From a virus (taxonomy: Duplodnaviria; Caudoviricetes): a stretch of 64,000 bases of DNA. The number at the start of each line of letters is the position of its first letter. Within the stretch, counting starts at the first letter, position 1. The notes under the pieces are model-generated. The model worked only from the letters and a program-made list of their open reading frames with translations. It was not told the origin of the DNA and did not search any database. Positions 63,660-64,000 of the stretch are shown here, one piece after another. The position numbers were made by a program, and so were the translations under genes. The stretch covers positions 16,676 to 80,675 of IMG/VR virus record IMGVR_UViG_2903468256_000002. One strand, given 5' to 3'.

Positions 63660-64000
63660 GCTGCCTTCTTGACCTCCTCTGCGAGCTGGACTTCGACCTT
63701 CGCCTTCGACGCCCTTGTATAGGTGGTCTCGGTCTTGAGAATTCCAAGCTCGAACAGCTTGGCTTTCAGTTTTCGGTCGGCCGTCTCGAGTTTGACGGGG
63801 TCGATCACGATCTCCGAGCCCTTAACCCGGCGCTCAACCGCGGCCGAGACGATGACCTTGCCCTTGCCGGGGATGTCGTAGGTGTCGGCGCCGGCGGGGC
63901 GGATGAGCTCCTTGAGCTGCTCGTATCGAGCCTCCAGCGGCTCGATCTTAGCCTTCAGCGACAGCAGTTCGTCGATGGTTGGTTTCAGGTTGTCGTTCAT
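63656..64000 (-). CDS. Hypothetical coiled-coil protein (start at window edge)
   Basis: 114 aa; true start may lie outside the window. Confidence 0.6.
   Translation of the reverse strand: MNDNLKPTIDELLSLKAKIEPLEARYEQLKELIRPAGADTYDIPGKGKVIVSAAVERRVKGSEIVIDPVKLETADRKLKAKLFELGILKTETTYTRASKAKVEVQLAEEVKKAA

Noticed and set aside
1-64000. Temperate/prophage interpretation
   Set aside because: No integrase, ParAB or CI/Cro switch and no host genes in the window; the self-sufficient replication set fits a lytic phage, though the unseen part could change this.

Overview
The window is most of the genome of a GC-rich, long-tailed (siphovirus-type) dsDNA phage. The host is probably a Rhizobiales/alphaproteobacterium, inferred from GapR (DUF2312) and EcfG-like sigma factor homologs. 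Two arms diverge at ~8180-8298. The + arm (8299-40835) carries an HNH nuclease, a lambda-GpA-type terminase, portal, a fibre placed inside the head module, protease/scaffold, capsid, neck, tail tube, a -1 frameshifted chaperone pair, an 1812-aa tape measure, lambda-like M/L/K/I/J tail genes, tip cassettes and a holin/SAR-endolysin/spanin lysis cassette. The - arm covers 1-8179 (primase-helicase, small early genes, a T7 gp0.7-like kinase cut by the window edge) and 40846-64000 (class II RNR, nucleotide-pool enzymes, Rad50/Mre11-like pair, exonucleases, resolvase, ThyA, ligase, ECF sigma, family A polymerase, GapR, SF2 helicase, small genes). I saw no integrase, CI-type repressor, tRNA or CRISPR array. 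The most unusual signals are: (1) three downstream ORFs that each carry the AxIA(N/D)LxV motif on which the central tail protein J ends, suggesting a modular tail-tip cassette system; (2) two unannotated recurring regulatory motifs, YTYNYCCTA(T/G)AGTAY (8 sites) and TG(C/A)TGCACAG (5 sites at late-operon junctions, one next to an antisense ribbon-helix-helix gene); (3) a host take-over set of EcfG-like sigma, GapR and T7-like kinase. All family assignments come from motif recognition by eye, not database searches, and motif scans were manual and may be incomplete.
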